Shown here in pieces: positions 19,071 to 28,484 of a stretch of DNA of 64,000 nt. The stretch's first letter is position 1, and every line of letters begins with the position of its first letter. Below the pieces are notes generated by a model that saw only the letters and a list, made by a program, of their open reading frames with translations, was not told the DNA's origin and did not search any database. The stretch is from Fidelibacterota bacterium (GTDB lineage Bacteria > Fidelibacterota > Marinisomatia > Marinisomatales > UBA1611), in the NCBI GenBank assembly GCA_016784605.1, contig JADHUI010000004.1, forward strand, positions 7,872-71,871. The letters are read 5' to 3'. Both the position numbers and the translations under genes were made by a program.

Positions 19071-19100
19071 GGGGCAAGGAAACTTGCCCCTTTTTATTTT
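19071..19100 (+). terminator. Rho-independent terminator closing the plus-arm operon
   Basis: Perfect 8-bp stem GGGGCAAG (19071..19078) / CTTGCCCC (19083..19090) with GAAA loop, followed by TTTTTATTTT. It lies 27 nt after the stop at 19044. Confidence 0.85.
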
Positions 19101-19147
19101 AACCCTTTTCTCATTTTTCACACTAGTGTTTTCCTTTAATTTCCGCG

Positions 19148-20422
19148 ATGAAAAAAATCCTAATTAATACAGTTTTATTTTTATTTCTCTTTTCCTGCTC
19201 TTCAAACAAAGAGCCGGTTTTAACGATCAACGGCGAATCAGTTTTTGAAGATGCTTTATATAGAACATCACCAATAAAATCTTTTAATGCAATGCCGCCA
19301 AATGAACGGGAGATGGCATTAAAGCAATGCGCTGTTAATGAAATTCTTCTAAAAGAAGGTTATGATGAAGATTTACAAAACCATAAATATGTTCAATCGC
19401 AAGTTGAAATCAAAAAACATCAAATAGCGATTGATTCTTTATTTAATAAAGTAATCTGGAAAAGAACTTTATCTGATAGTGTTATCCACGATGCTTATCA
19501 AAAGCTTCATAAAACAGTGGGAATGAGACATATTTTAATTTCTCACCGCTGGGGGCATAAAACAAAAACAACACGAACCAAAGAAGAAGCACTGACAATA
19601 GCAAACAATATTGTAGCAAGAATAGAAAGTGGCGAAATAGATTTTGAAAAAGCTGCACGTTTTTATACAGATGATCCTTTAATGAAAGTTGAAGGTGGAG
19701 ATTTAGGATTTATCTTTTGGGGAAATATGCTTCCAGAAGTACTCTATAAAGCATGGAATGCACCACCAAGAACAATTGTAGGTCCATTTGAATCCCCGTT
19801 TGGTTATCACTTAATACGCGTTTATGGAACAAAATCCGCACCACAACCCCCTTTTGATGAAGCAAAAAAATCTATTATTCGTTTAATTAAATCAGGAAAA
19901 ACACCCGAATTCAAAGTTCAAATGGAAAAAAAAGAACAAAGCCTCATTAATGAATATCAATTCACTTTTTCTATGGATGCTATTGATAGTTTATTTCAAA
20001 TTTCTCAAAATATTAAAATGGAATTAAAACAAAATATTGCCATTTCATATTTAAATAAAATATCATTTGACATGCCTATTGGTTTCGAAAATGGAACTCC
20101 AATATTATTATCCTGGTTTTTGAATGAAGCAAATCGAGTAAAAGAAATAAATGGAACACCAATTTATAACCGATACACATTATTAAAAATATTTCAGGAT
20201 ATTGCATACCGGCATTTAGGAGTAAAAGATGCCATATCTAAAGGATATGTAGCGGCGGAAGTGTTGGGCCAAGAAATGAAAAAAGTAGAAAGAGCAGAAA
20301 TTATAAATTTATTAATAAGTCAAAAATTAAAAGCGGAAAAAGGATTAACGTTTGATATTTTATCAAACAGAATTTTAACGTCTAACGATATTTGGTTAAA
20401 CCCTAAATATATTACTCCGTAA
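19148..20422 (+). CDS. Parvulin-type peptidyl-prolyl cis-trans isomerase (SurA/PrsA-like), probable lipoprotein
   Basis: Lipobox LFLFSCSS. PpiC/rotamase domain MRHILISH...DFEKAARFYTDDPLMKVEGGDLGFI...GPFESPFGYHLIRV. Confidence 0.75.
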   Translation: MKKILINTVLFLFLFSCSSNKEPVLTINGESVFEDALYRTSPIKSFNAMPPNEREMALKQCAVNEILLKEGYDEDLQNHKYVQSQVEIKKHQIAIDSLFNKVIWKRTLSDSVIHDAYQKLHKTVGMRHILISHRWGHKTKTTRTKEEALTIANNIVARIESGEIDFEKAARFYTDDPLMKVEGGDLGFIFWGNMLPEVLYKAWNAPPRTIVGPFESPFGYHLIRVYGTKSAPQPPFDEAKKSIIRLIKSGKTPEFKVQMEKKEQSLINEYQFTFSMDAIDSLFQISQNIKMELKQNIAISYLNKISFDMPIGFENGTPILLSWFLNEANRVKEINGTPIYNRYTLLKIFQDIAYRHLGVKDAISKGYVAAEVLGQEMKKVERAEIINLLISQKLKAEKGLTFDILSNRILTSNDIWLNPKYITP

Positions 20423-21152
20423 CAAAAACGCGATTTAACATATTATATAAATGACTATAGGCAAATCCTTGTCCCATATAATATTCACCCTGCGAATCCT
20501 GCAATATTAATTCCCAGTGTAAATGAGCCCCTGCACGCGTTCCAAGCGTTGAATCTTTTGTTCCTGTATTTCCACTTCTCCCCAAAAAATCGCCTCGGCT
20601 AACTCGCGCACCCGGAACAATTTCTTTGTCTATGGTAGACATGTGAGCATATATTGTTATAACGCGATATCCAGGAACGAGATCAAATCCATGGTCTAAA
20701 AAGATAGCTTTTCCCAACAATATATTATGAAATACATCAGAAGGTGTTTGCCCGACTTGAGCGCTTTCTTCTAACAAATCCACCCTAAATTTGGGTGGCA
20801 CTTCTTTATAATGATGATCTGCACGCACAACAACACCGTCAGCCGGTGAAAATATTGATGTTCCCCAGTTTGCAAAAAAATCAATCCCACGGTGAGTTCC
20901 ACTTCTATAAGTGCGAGGAGCATTCGGCAGTCGGGATGCCCTTTTTGGAACAGGAACACCACGACAGGGAAGTAATAATTCAAGTGAATCAAAGTGTGCT
21001 AATATAGGTATTCCCAATGGTTCAATAGATTGTAATCGGATTTGTTTAGGTAGGGAAAAAAGATGCATAGGTGAATTCAAAGGATCTTCGCCAATAGCCT
21101 GTTGGCTAAAAATGGTAGAAAAAGTGATAAATATAAATAAGACGTTTTTCAT
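20412..21152 (-). CDS. M23 family metallopeptidase
   Basis: HRGIDFFANWGTSIFSPADGVVV, TIYAHMS, GRSGNTGT...GAHLHWEL (HxxxD and HxH M23 motifs). Signal peptide. The 3' end overlaps the convergent PPIase gene by 11 nt. Confidence 0.85.
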   Translation of the reverse strand: MKNVLFIFITFSTIFSQQAIGEDPLNSPMHLFSLPKQIRLQSIEPLGIPILAHFDSLELLLPCRGVPVPKRASRLPNAPRTYRSGTHRGIDFFANWGTSIFSPADGVVVRADHHYKEVPPKFRVDLLEESAQVGQTPSDVFHNILLGKAIFLDHGFDLVPGYRVITIYAHMSTIDKEIVPGARVSRGDFLGRSGNTGTKDSTLGTRAGAHLHWELILQDSQGEYYMGQGFAYSHLYNMLNRVFVTE

Positions 21153-21571
21153 TTTAAGAAATAATCAACCGCATGATGACATGCTTCAACGGGTAATTCC
21201 ACAAAAGTTTTTTCTGCAATAGAATCAAAAATAGATTCATCATTCGAATCAGAAAATGAATATGGATGATCAAACTTTATTTGAACCATTTTAATTTTGC
21301 TCAATTGAATAGATTCAAATAGTGTCCATTCATATTTAGCCCAAGATGTTGGAATAAAAATGAGTCCGTCGGCCCAAATTCGATTCCGTTGAATAAAATT
21401 GACTGCCTGAAATGTTTTATGCGTTTGTAAAATCTTTATTTCAACTTCTTTCATATGAAGGTGTTTCTTTATAGCGCGATTTAATTTATCCAATGTAAGA
21501 ACGTTTTTTGATTCAGCTGCTTTTACACCTAACAGATTTAAATTTGGGCCTTGAAGTAATAATAATTTCAT
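21149..21571 (-). CDS. Type II 3-dehydroquinate dehydratase (AroQ)-like protein with degenerate catalytic motifs
   Basis: The N-terminus MKLLLLQGPNLNLLG matches the AroQ signature GPNLNLLG. Length is 140 aa. The expected REPxxYG, THTS and HLSN motifs are replaced (see findings). Confidence 0.5.
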   Translation of the reverse strand: MKLLLLQGPNLNLLGVKAAESKNVLTLDKLNRAIKKHLHMKEVEIKILQTHKTFQAVNFIQRNRIWADGLIFIPTSWAKYEWTLFESIQLSKIKMVQIKFDHPYSFSDSNDESIFDSIAEKTFVELPVEACHHAVDYFLK

Positions 21572-21575
21572 GTTT

Positions 21576-21959
21576 TTACCTTAATGGGACAATATGACCT
21601 ATGATATAACCTATAATAATTCCAATTAATAATCCTAATGTAACAATTCGACTTTTTGCTAATTCTTGAGCATATCCTTTTTTTATAGCCACACCCGACA
21701 CAACATATCCCATTGCGTTTAAAATCCAAAATATGGGAATGGTTAATACTTTAATAATAAGAGGTCCCACAAATGGAACAAGCGCAATTAATGCACCCAA
21801 TCCAGCAAATATTTGCGTAAACACCCCCAATACCAACGTAACAAAAACGACAATTTTTTCATCAATTCCCGAACGAAGAGCTAAAATAATTGCAATTAAA
21901 ATAACAATCCAAATTAAGATTTGTTTTTTATGATTTTTAATGGATGTTATTTTACTCAT
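21576..21959 (-). CDS. Small integral membrane protein, unknown function
   Basis: ORF with 3-4 hydrophobic helices (ILIWIVILIAIILAL, VFVTLVLGVFTQIFAGLGALIALVPFVG, IVTLGLLIGIIIGYIIG). Sits in the minus-strand gene array. Confidence 0.5.
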   Translation of the reverse strand: MSKITSIKNHKKQILIWIVILIAIILALRSGIDEKIVVFVTLVLGVFTQIFAGLGALIALVPFVGPLIIKVLTIPIFWILNAMGYVVSGVAIKKGYAQELAKSRIVTLGLLIGIIIGYIIGHIVPLR

Positions 21960-22638
21960 TTAACTTAGCCTTTACATCAAGATTCCAAACAGACACGGTT
22001 GCTTGTAATATGCGGTGTGGCGGTTCGTGTTCGATCCACAATTGTTTTACCATTCCAGGCATAACAATATTTTCCATAAAATAATCGGTTCTATCAAGGA
22101 ATTTCCCAGATTCTTTTAATTTCAAATCTAACCGATAATGATCCGTTAATATTGAATCACCTAAAATACCTAAAAAAGGCGTGTCGGCTAATAATACACG
22201 AGACTGATATAAATCGCCTTCATGTTCCATGGAAAACCATTGTTCGTTTATTTGATCAGCTGTTGAACTTTGAACCCAAGCCAAGAGAGTTAAAATTGTT
22301 TTACAGGATTTTTCCCGTTCGACAGATGGCCCATTATTATAGTCTATAGAATTTGTTTTATCATTATAATGAGCAGAAAGTGATTGAGAAAATGCTCCCT
22401 GATTAATATCCTTTTCATATGTTTTTATACCAAATGAAGTAGAATCAAATGTGACAGAATACATATTTTTTGTAGGCCAAATAACATCAAAAACCCCAAG
22501 CGTTTTGGTTTCAAAAGAAAGGGAAGATGCACTGTTTTGATTCATTGTAACATTGACAATCGGTATGCCTAAAACGGAAATGGTATATTGATGGGCTGAA
22601 AGAAAAGTCGCCAATAATAATGGGGTCGCATATTTCAT
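21952..22638 (-). CDS. Secreted hypothetical protein
   Basis: The ATG at 22638 lies 1 nt after the stop of the GT2 gene and gives signal MKYATPLLLATFLSA. The ORF-track start at 22665 would overlap GT2 by 26 nt. No motif recognised. Confidence 0.5.
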   Translation of the reverse strand: MKYATPLLLATFLSAHQYTISVLGIPIVNVTMNQNSASSLSFETKTLGVFDVIWPTKNMYSVTFDSTSFGIKTYEKDINQGAFSQSLSAHYNDKTNSIDYNNGPSVEREKSCKTILTLLAWVQSSTADQINEQWFSMEHEGDLYQSRVLLADTPFLGILGDSILTDHYRLDLKLKESGKFLDRTDYFMENIVMPGMVKQLWIEHEPPHRILQATVSVWNLDVKAKLNE

Positions 22639-22639
22639 A

Positions 22640-23731
22640 TTAAGGCTTCCATTTAAATTTATCATTTAAACCCATGAGTGCAATGACTGGAATGTAGATT
22701 GGTTGAATGAGAGCCCATAAAATATATACGGAGAACTGAACGGTTGTTTTAAACAATAACCCGCCTAAAAAAAGAACACTTCCTTCAAATAGAAATTTTA
22801 TAATAAATGCAGAGAAAAAGGACCCAAACCCAAAAAGAAAGGATGTAAAGATAAAAACATTACTTAAAAAGGCAGCCACAAGAAAAATAAAAAATGATTG
22901 AGACCCATCTGAAATTCTTCGAGAATTGGATGCCCACCGAGATCGCTGGTTTATGAATTGTTTGACTGTTTCAACAGGTTTCGTTTTAACAGCCCCATCT
23001 AAATCAATATTAAAAATAGCTTTTCCAATCTTCGAAATTGCCTGAACCAAATACATATCATCTCCAGAAATACGATAATGAACAGGGGTAAATCCACCGA
23101 TTTCATTAAACGATGTTCGCAGATAAGCCAAGTTTTGCCCAGATCCAGACCAATAATTATGCCATCCTGCTGCACCCGCATTTGCGGCCATAATACCTAA
23201 AAAATCCATATTTTGTAATCGATGAAACAGAGAACCTGAAGATATATTTGTTTGAGAATAGCCAATGGAAATTGAATGTGCGCTTCCTAGCGATTTCACC
23301 ATGGATGAAACCCACGTGGTAGGCACCCTACAATCAGCATCGGTTGTAACAATAATTTCTCCAGATGTTGCATCGATTGCTTTTGTGAGTGCATATTTTT
23401 TTGGCGTCATTTCTTCAGATAATTCTTGGATTTGAATCCCTTTTATAAAAGAGTATTTATCCGAATATCGAGTAATGATATCCCAAGTTTTATCGGTGGA
23501 TCGATCATCAACAACAGCCACATCCAATAAATCTAATGGGAAATCTTGAAGAAGAATATCAGTTAAAAGGGATTCTAAATTATTCTCTTCATTGCGTGCA
23601 GCAATAATAATGGATACGGTTCTGCCGGGCAATTCATCCTGTTCATGGTTTTCATATTTGAATAGGCCAATCACTATATAGATTACAAAACCACCATAGA
23701 TGGCTAGGGATAAAAAAAGAAAGAAATTCAT
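22640..23731 (-). CDS. Family 2 glycosyltransferase, membrane-bound
   Basis: VSIIIAARNEENNLESLL, VVDDRSTDKT, TDADC (DxD-type), QRSRWA (QxxRW-like). N- and C-terminal TM helices. Confidence 0.8.
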   Translation of the reverse strand: MNFFLFLSLAIYGGFVIYIVIGLFKYENHEQDELPGRTVSIIIAARNEENNLESLLTDILLQDFPLDLLDVAVVDDRSTDKTWDIITRYSDKYSFIKGIQIQELSEEMTPKKYALTKAIDATSGEIIVTTDADCRVPTTWVSSMVKSLGSAHSISIGYSQTNISSGSLFHRLQNMDFLGIMAANAGAAGWHNYWSGSGQNLAYLRTSFNEIGGFTPVHYRISGDDMYLVQAISKIGKAIFNIDLDGAVKTKPVETVKQFINQRSRWASNSRRISDGSQSFFIFLVAAFLSNVFIFTSFLFGFGSFFSAFIIKFLFEGSVLFLGGLLFKTTVQFSVYILWALIQPIYIPVIALMGLNDKFKWKP

Positions 23732-23744
23732 ACTCTTTTCTTAA

Positions 23745-25115
23745 TTATAGATTCAAAAAAGAAGTAGCAATCACGAAATAGAGCAAAACACCCACAATAT
23801 CAACGCTTGTAGTTACAAAGGGACCTGTTGCAATGGCTGGATCAATATCTACTTTTCTAAGAAAAAGGGGAATAATCGTACCAACAGCGGCCGCCACGAG
23901 CATAGATAAACCAATACTTAACCCAACAACTAAACCTAAATATGGAGGTGCATTAATAAATCTAAATGCGGCAAACAACCCCAGTAAAATGCCATATAAT
24001 CCACCGAGAATAAACCCAACCGTTACTTCTTTCATTATAATTTTAAATTCACTTCCAAAATCAACACGTCCTGTTGCGATACCGCGAACAACAATAGTTG
24101 AAGATTGGGTTCCAATATTTCCACCCATTCCCATAATGACAGGTATAAAAGCAGCTAAAGCAATGGTGTTTTGAAGAACATCTTCATAAACGCCGATAAC
24201 GGTTGCGGCTAAAATTCCCCCTAACCAACTTGCAAATAACCACGGGAGTCGTGCTTTTGCATTATCCCAACTGGATTTGTTCAAAATTTCCCTATCTTTA
24301 CCTGCACCCGCCATTTGAAGGAAATCTTCCGTTGCCTCTTCGCGAATAACATCAACCACATCGTCAACGGTTACAATGCCTAATAGACGCGTATCTCCAT
24401 CAACAACAGGTACAGCTAAATAGTTATACTGAGCTACCAGTTGCGCTACATCTTCTTGATCTGTTTCTGCCCGAACCATATGGACACTTTTAATCATAAT
24501 ATCACTTAAGAGTGTTTCGGGAGGTGTAATGGCTAATGTTCTTAAACTAATAACACCGACTAATCGTTCATCATCATCAATAACATATATATAAAACGCC
24601 ATTTCGGCTTCATCTTGATCTTGAAGCGCTTTTAAGGCGGAGCGAGAAGTGGAATCTTGATGGAGGGCAAAAACATCTGTTGACATTAATGACCCGGCAC
24701 TGTCTTCGGGATAAGCCAGGATTTCTTCAATTTCTTCCTGCTCATCTCTTCGTAATAATTCTAAAACAGATTGTGTTTTTTCTTCCGATAAAGAATTAAG
24801 AATATTTCCCTGGTCATTTGAATCTGCTTCTCGAACAATCATTGCAATACGCTCAGATTGTTCTTTCTCTAACAAATTAGACAATAGGGATTCATCTAAA
24901 GCACTTAGAAATTCTGCAGTACTTTCATCATCACCCATTAACTTAAAAACTTGCTCCTGCTCACTATCGGAAAAATATCTAAAGATAACCGCTAAATCAG
25001 CAGAGTGTGTTTTTTGGATTAATTTGACAAGATTTGTACGCGCATGGCGTCGAAGCAATCTTCGAAATGTATCTCTAAGAAGCATTATTTCATGTTCAAA
25101 CATTTCTTTTTTCAT
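23745..25115 (-). CDS. mgtE: Magnesium transporter MgtE
   Basis: MgtE N-domain, tandem CBS region (YIYVIDDDERLVGVISLRTL, AVPVVDGDTRLLGIVTVDDV) and C-terminal channel PWLFASWLGGILAA...GNIGTQSSTIVVRG. Confidence 0.9.
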   Translation of the reverse strand: MKKEMFEHEIMLLRDTFRRLLRRHARTNLVKLIQKTHSADLAVIFRYFSDSEQEQVFKLMGDDESTAEFLSALDESLLSNLLEKEQSERIAMIVREADSNDQGNILNSLSEEKTQSVLELLRRDEQEEIEEILAYPEDSAGSLMSTDVFALHQDSTSRSALKALQDQDEAEMAFYIYVIDDDERLVGVISLRTLAITPPETLLSDIMIKSVHMVRAETDQEDVAQLVAQYNYLAVPVVDGDTRLLGIVTVDDVVDVIREEATEDFLQMAGAGKDREILNKSSWDNAKARLPWLFASWLGGILAATVIGVYEDVLQNTIALAAFIPVIMGMGGNIGTQSSTIVVRGIATGRVDFGSEFKIIMKEVTVGFILGGLYGILLGLFAAFRFINAPPYLGLVVGLSIGLSMLVAAAVGTIIPLFLRKVDIDPAIATGPFVTTSVDIVGVLLYFVIATSFLNL

Positions 25116-25909
25116 GATGTAATCCGTTGTCTATTAATGCCTTTTAACCCAAGGTAAACCAAAAAAAGCGCCGGAACTAAAACCCATAAAGCCACATGAC
25201 CATTCCAAATATAAAAAGTAAGTTCTGTTTCAGGTCCAACCCCAATAAGAAGCGCCATACCATTGATGATTCCGTGAAAAACTAAACTCGGATAAATAGA
25301 TTGGGTTCGCCAAGCGACGTATCCAAGCACAACGCCTAAAATATATATTTGAATCGCCCAATAGGGATTTAAATGAATCAAGGCAAAAAATAAGCTCGTA
25401 ACCAAAACTGCGCGCGTTACATCTTTCCAATGGTCCTCTAAAAATTTTTGTAAAAAGCCCCTAAATAATAATTCTTCTCCAATCGGAGCCACAACAGTTA
25501 AAACAATAATCATCATAAATAATCCGAGGGCATTATCCGGCATCAATATATTATCAATATCTATAATATAATCTGGCGTTGGAACAATTAAACTAATCAA
25601 ACGACCCAATTCATCACTAATGACGCTAAAACCAATTGCCAGAACGATGGTATGAATAATAATGTGGGGCGAAACAGGGTTTAATCTTAAGCTATCAACA
25701 AAAGAGCGCTTTCGTGAATATAGATAATAAAACAGGGGTAATACCATTGCTCCCTGTCCGATAAAAAAAGAAATATATGTTAGAAACGATTGATTCGAAT
25801 CAGGATTAGATAGAGCAATTCCCAAGACCAAACCACCGAGAACGAAAGCGGTTAGGACCGATAGAAATACAATGCCAAAAGCACTGCGGACTGTCAGGGG
25901 TTGATTCAT
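25112..25909 (-). CDS. CPBP (CAAX) family intramembrane metalloprotease
   Basis: EELLFRGFLQ and FALIHL motifs, multiple TM helices. 4-nt overlap with mgtE. Confidence 0.8.
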   Translation of the reverse strand: MNQPLTVRSAFGIVFLSVLTAFVLGGLVLGIALSNPDSNQSFLTYISFFIGQGAMVLPLFYYLYSRKRSFVDSLRLNPVSPHIIIHTIVLAIGFSVISDELGRLISLIVPTPDYIIDIDNILMPDNALGLFMMIIVLTVVAPIGEELLFRGFLQKFLEDHWKDVTRAVLVTSLFFALIHLNPYWAIQIYILGVVLGYVAWRTQSIYPSLVFHGIINGMALLIGVGPETELTFYIWNGHVALWVLVPALFLVYLGLKGINRQRITS

Positions 25910-25984
25910 AAGAGTCTAAATCCTTTTTTTTCATATTCCGAAACTTACGGCGCATTCATATAAAACTAAACGATGAAAGAGCCA

Positions 25985-26734
25985 TCACAGTTTAGATAAT
26001 TCATATAAAAGAATAGCGCTAGCAGATGCAACATTTAATGAGTCGCCCGTTCCCAATTTAGGGATGGATAGAATTGTGTCACATTGGCTCAGCGTGTCCT
26101 GCTGTATTCCATTTGCCTCTCCACCCAATATTAAAACCCAAGGTTTTTGAACATTGGATATGGCCACATCATCCCCCGATATATCAGCCCCAATGAGTGT
26201 ATATCCAGCTTTTTTAAATAATTCTATTTGTACGTTTGGATGAATGTTTAAATCAAAATGTGCCCCCATTCCGCTACGAACTGTTTTTGGGTTATAAGGA
26301 TCAACACATCCCGCTGAAAGAGCAATATGACGTATATCAAACCAAGCAGCAGTACGAAGAATTGTACCAAGATTCCCCGGATCTGAGATTCTGTCTAGAT
26401 AAATCCAATGAGTGTTTGATGTAACATCAAGGTCAGACGAATCAGGTATTTCACAAATACCCACAACGCCGGACGGTGATTTTGTATATGAAATTGATTG
26501 AATTTCTTTATCCGTAACGCGTGTTATACCAATACCGTTATTTATGACAGTAGTAACAAAATCGGGATATTGATTTTCGACAGACTCTGTCCAATACAAT
26601 TTAACAATTTTAGTTTGAGCTAAAACAGCAGACTCTACGAGCCGCACACCTTCAATTTGGAATTGCCTATATTTATCTCGGTACTTTTTTTGGTCTAAAG
26701 AACGGATTCTTTTTTGATCATTTTGATTCATCAT
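25985..26734 (-). CDS. TrmH/SpoU-family RNA 2'-O-methyltransferase (RlmB-like)
   Basis: DRISDPGNLGTILRTAAWF, WVLILGGEANGI, IPKLGTGDSLNVASASAILLYEL. Confidence 0.8.
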   Translation of the reverse strand: MMNQNDQKRIRSLDQKKYRDKYRQFQIEGVRLVESAVLAQTKIVKLYWTESVENQYPDFVTTVINNGIGITRVTDKEIQSISYTKSPSGVVGICEIPDSSDLDVTSNTHWIYLDRISDPGNLGTILRTAAWFDIRHIALSAGCVDPYNPKTVRSGMGAHFDLNIHPNVQIELFKKAGYTLIGADISGDDVAISNVQKPWVLILGGEANGIQQDTLSQCDTILSIPKLGTGDSLNVASASAILLYELSKL

Positions 26735-28343
26735 AAGCTTGATAGACTACTTTCCCATTCACAATTGTATGTGTTACTTTTGTTTTTAAAATCATTTTTG
26801 GATTTTCATCAGACAAAGGTTTATCCAAAACCGTAAAATCAGCAAAATACCCTAATTCAATTTTCCCTTTATCATTTTCTTCAAAAGATGCGTATGCGGG
26901 CCATAGAGTATACATATGAATCGCCTGTTCTAATGTGAGGCGTTCTTGAGGTTGCCATCCGCCTTCAGGCCAACCGGAAGAATCTTGCCGTGTGATGGCA
27001 GCGTAAATTCCAACCAATGGGTCAGGAAATTCCACGGGTGCATCAGAACCGCCCGGAACTGGAATACCTAATTGAGCAAAAGATTGCCAAGGATAGGCGC
27101 GACTTAACCGTTCTTCGCCTAAACGTTCATCTGCCCATGGCATATCACTGGTACAATGCGTTGCTTGCATCGCTGGTATAATACCCAATTCTTTAAAACG
27201 GTTTATATCATTCGGATGAACAATTTGTGCGTGTTCGATGCGATTTCGCATTTCTTTTTCTCCAGAATCTTCATATGCGTCTAAAATTATTCGAATGGCT
27301 TTATCGCCAATGCCATGCGTATTGACTTGAAAGCCGGCTTGGTTAAATTTTTTCACAATTGAGCTGAGATTATTTTTGTCCATAAATAATAATCCAGATT
27401 GTTTTGGGTCGTCAGAATAAGGTTCTAATAAGGCAGCGCCTCGTGACCCCAATGCACCGTCCATATATACTTTTAGGGTTCGAATGGTTAGAAAAGGTTT
27501 TTGAGTCACAGGACCATTTTCTAAGAAAAATTCAACATCTTCAGGAGAATCGTTTAACATTGCAAAAATACGAACAGTGAGCAGGTTTTCGCCTATTAAT
27601 TTTTTATAAGCACTAATATCGTTTACACCAACCCCAGCATCATGAACAGAAGTAATGCCAAGTGAATTCAATAGTGTTTGGGCTTTGACTGTTTGGCGGT
27701 ATTTATCTTCTTCTGTGGATTTCGGAATAAAGGCTGTAATTAAATCCATCGCATTGTCTATAAAAATACCCGAAGGCTTGTTGGATTTATCGTAGAGTAT
27801 TTTACCACCATCCGGCTCAATTGTTTTATTGGAGATTCCGGCAATTTTCATCGCTTTTGTATTTGCCCAAAGAGCATGCCCATCAATACGTCTCAAAACG
27901 ACAGGATGTTCCGCTGAAACGCGATCCAAATCTAAAGCTGTGGGATACGTTTGGTTTTCCCAATCATTTTGATCCCATCCGCGTCCTTGTATCCAACGAC
28001 CTTTGGGTGAGTTTAAAGTAGCCTTTTTCACAATCGAAATGATGGAAAGCTTATCAGGCGTCCCAACAAGATCTAATGTTTCTAACGCCCAGCCCAAACC
28101 AGTAAGATGCATATGACCATCAATAAATCCAGGGTAAACCCAACCGTTTTTCAAATCTATTGTTGATTCATAAAAATTTGAATGATTTGGATTAAAGGAA
28201 AGAATACGCCCATCTTTACATTCGACTGAAGAGACATTCGGAAGGCCATAAAAGCGGCCATTTTTTAAAAGTGTTTTTCCCATAGAAATTGTGGCTGTTA
28301 ATATAAAGAATAAAGTGAGAACAAAGCGGTTGAATAAGAACAT
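26718..28343 (-). CDS. Amidohydrolase-family metal-dependent hydrolase (YtcJ-like), secreted
   Basis: GFIDGHMHL metal-binding motif, HGIGDKA, IEHAQIV, GSDAPVE. The ATG at 28343 gives signal MFLFNRFVLTLFFILTATISMG. The ORF-track start at 28379 is TTG. Confidence 0.8.
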   Translation of the reverse strand: MFLFNRFVLTLFFILTATISMGKTLLKNGRFYGLPNVSSVECKDGRILSFNPNHSNFYESTIDLKNGWVYPGFIDGHMHLTGLGWALETLDLVGTPDKLSIISIVKKATLNSPKGRWIQGRGWDQNDWENQTYPTALDLDRVSAEHPVVLRRIDGHALWANTKAMKIAGISNKTIEPDGGKILYDKSNKPSGIFIDNAMDLITAFIPKSTEEDKYRQTVKAQTLLNSLGITSVHDAGVGVNDISAYKKLIGENLLTVRIFAMLNDSPEDVEFFLENGPVTQKPFLTIRTLKVYMDGALGSRGAALLEPYSDDPKQSGLLFMDKNNLSSIVKKFNQAGFQVNTHGIGDKAIRIILDAYEDSGEKEMRNRIEHAQIVHPNDINRFKELGIIPAMQATHCTSDMPWADERLGEERLSRAYPWQSFAQLGIPVPGGSDAPVEFPDPLVGIYAAITRQDSSGWPEGGWQPQERLTLEQAIHMYTLWPAYASFEENDKGKIELGYFADFTVLDKPLSDENPKMILKTKVTHTIVNGKVVYQAYDESK

Positions 28344-28484
28344 GGGGCAGAAAATAATTGCTTCTTGGTGGACTCTCAAGAAAATTTTTTATAATGAATT
28401 TAATTATCCTTAAAAGTTAAAAAGATTGGTCATCCCATTCATCGCCGGTAATTTTATAGTCTATAAATCATAAAGAGAGAACCA

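Noticed and set aside
20412-20422. 11-nt overlap of the convergent 3' ends of the PPIase and M23 genes. Also the 3-nt gap between convergent stops at 614/618.
   Set aside because: This is consistent with the general compaction of the genome. No hairpin or other element is present, and it is not evidence of a special mechanism.
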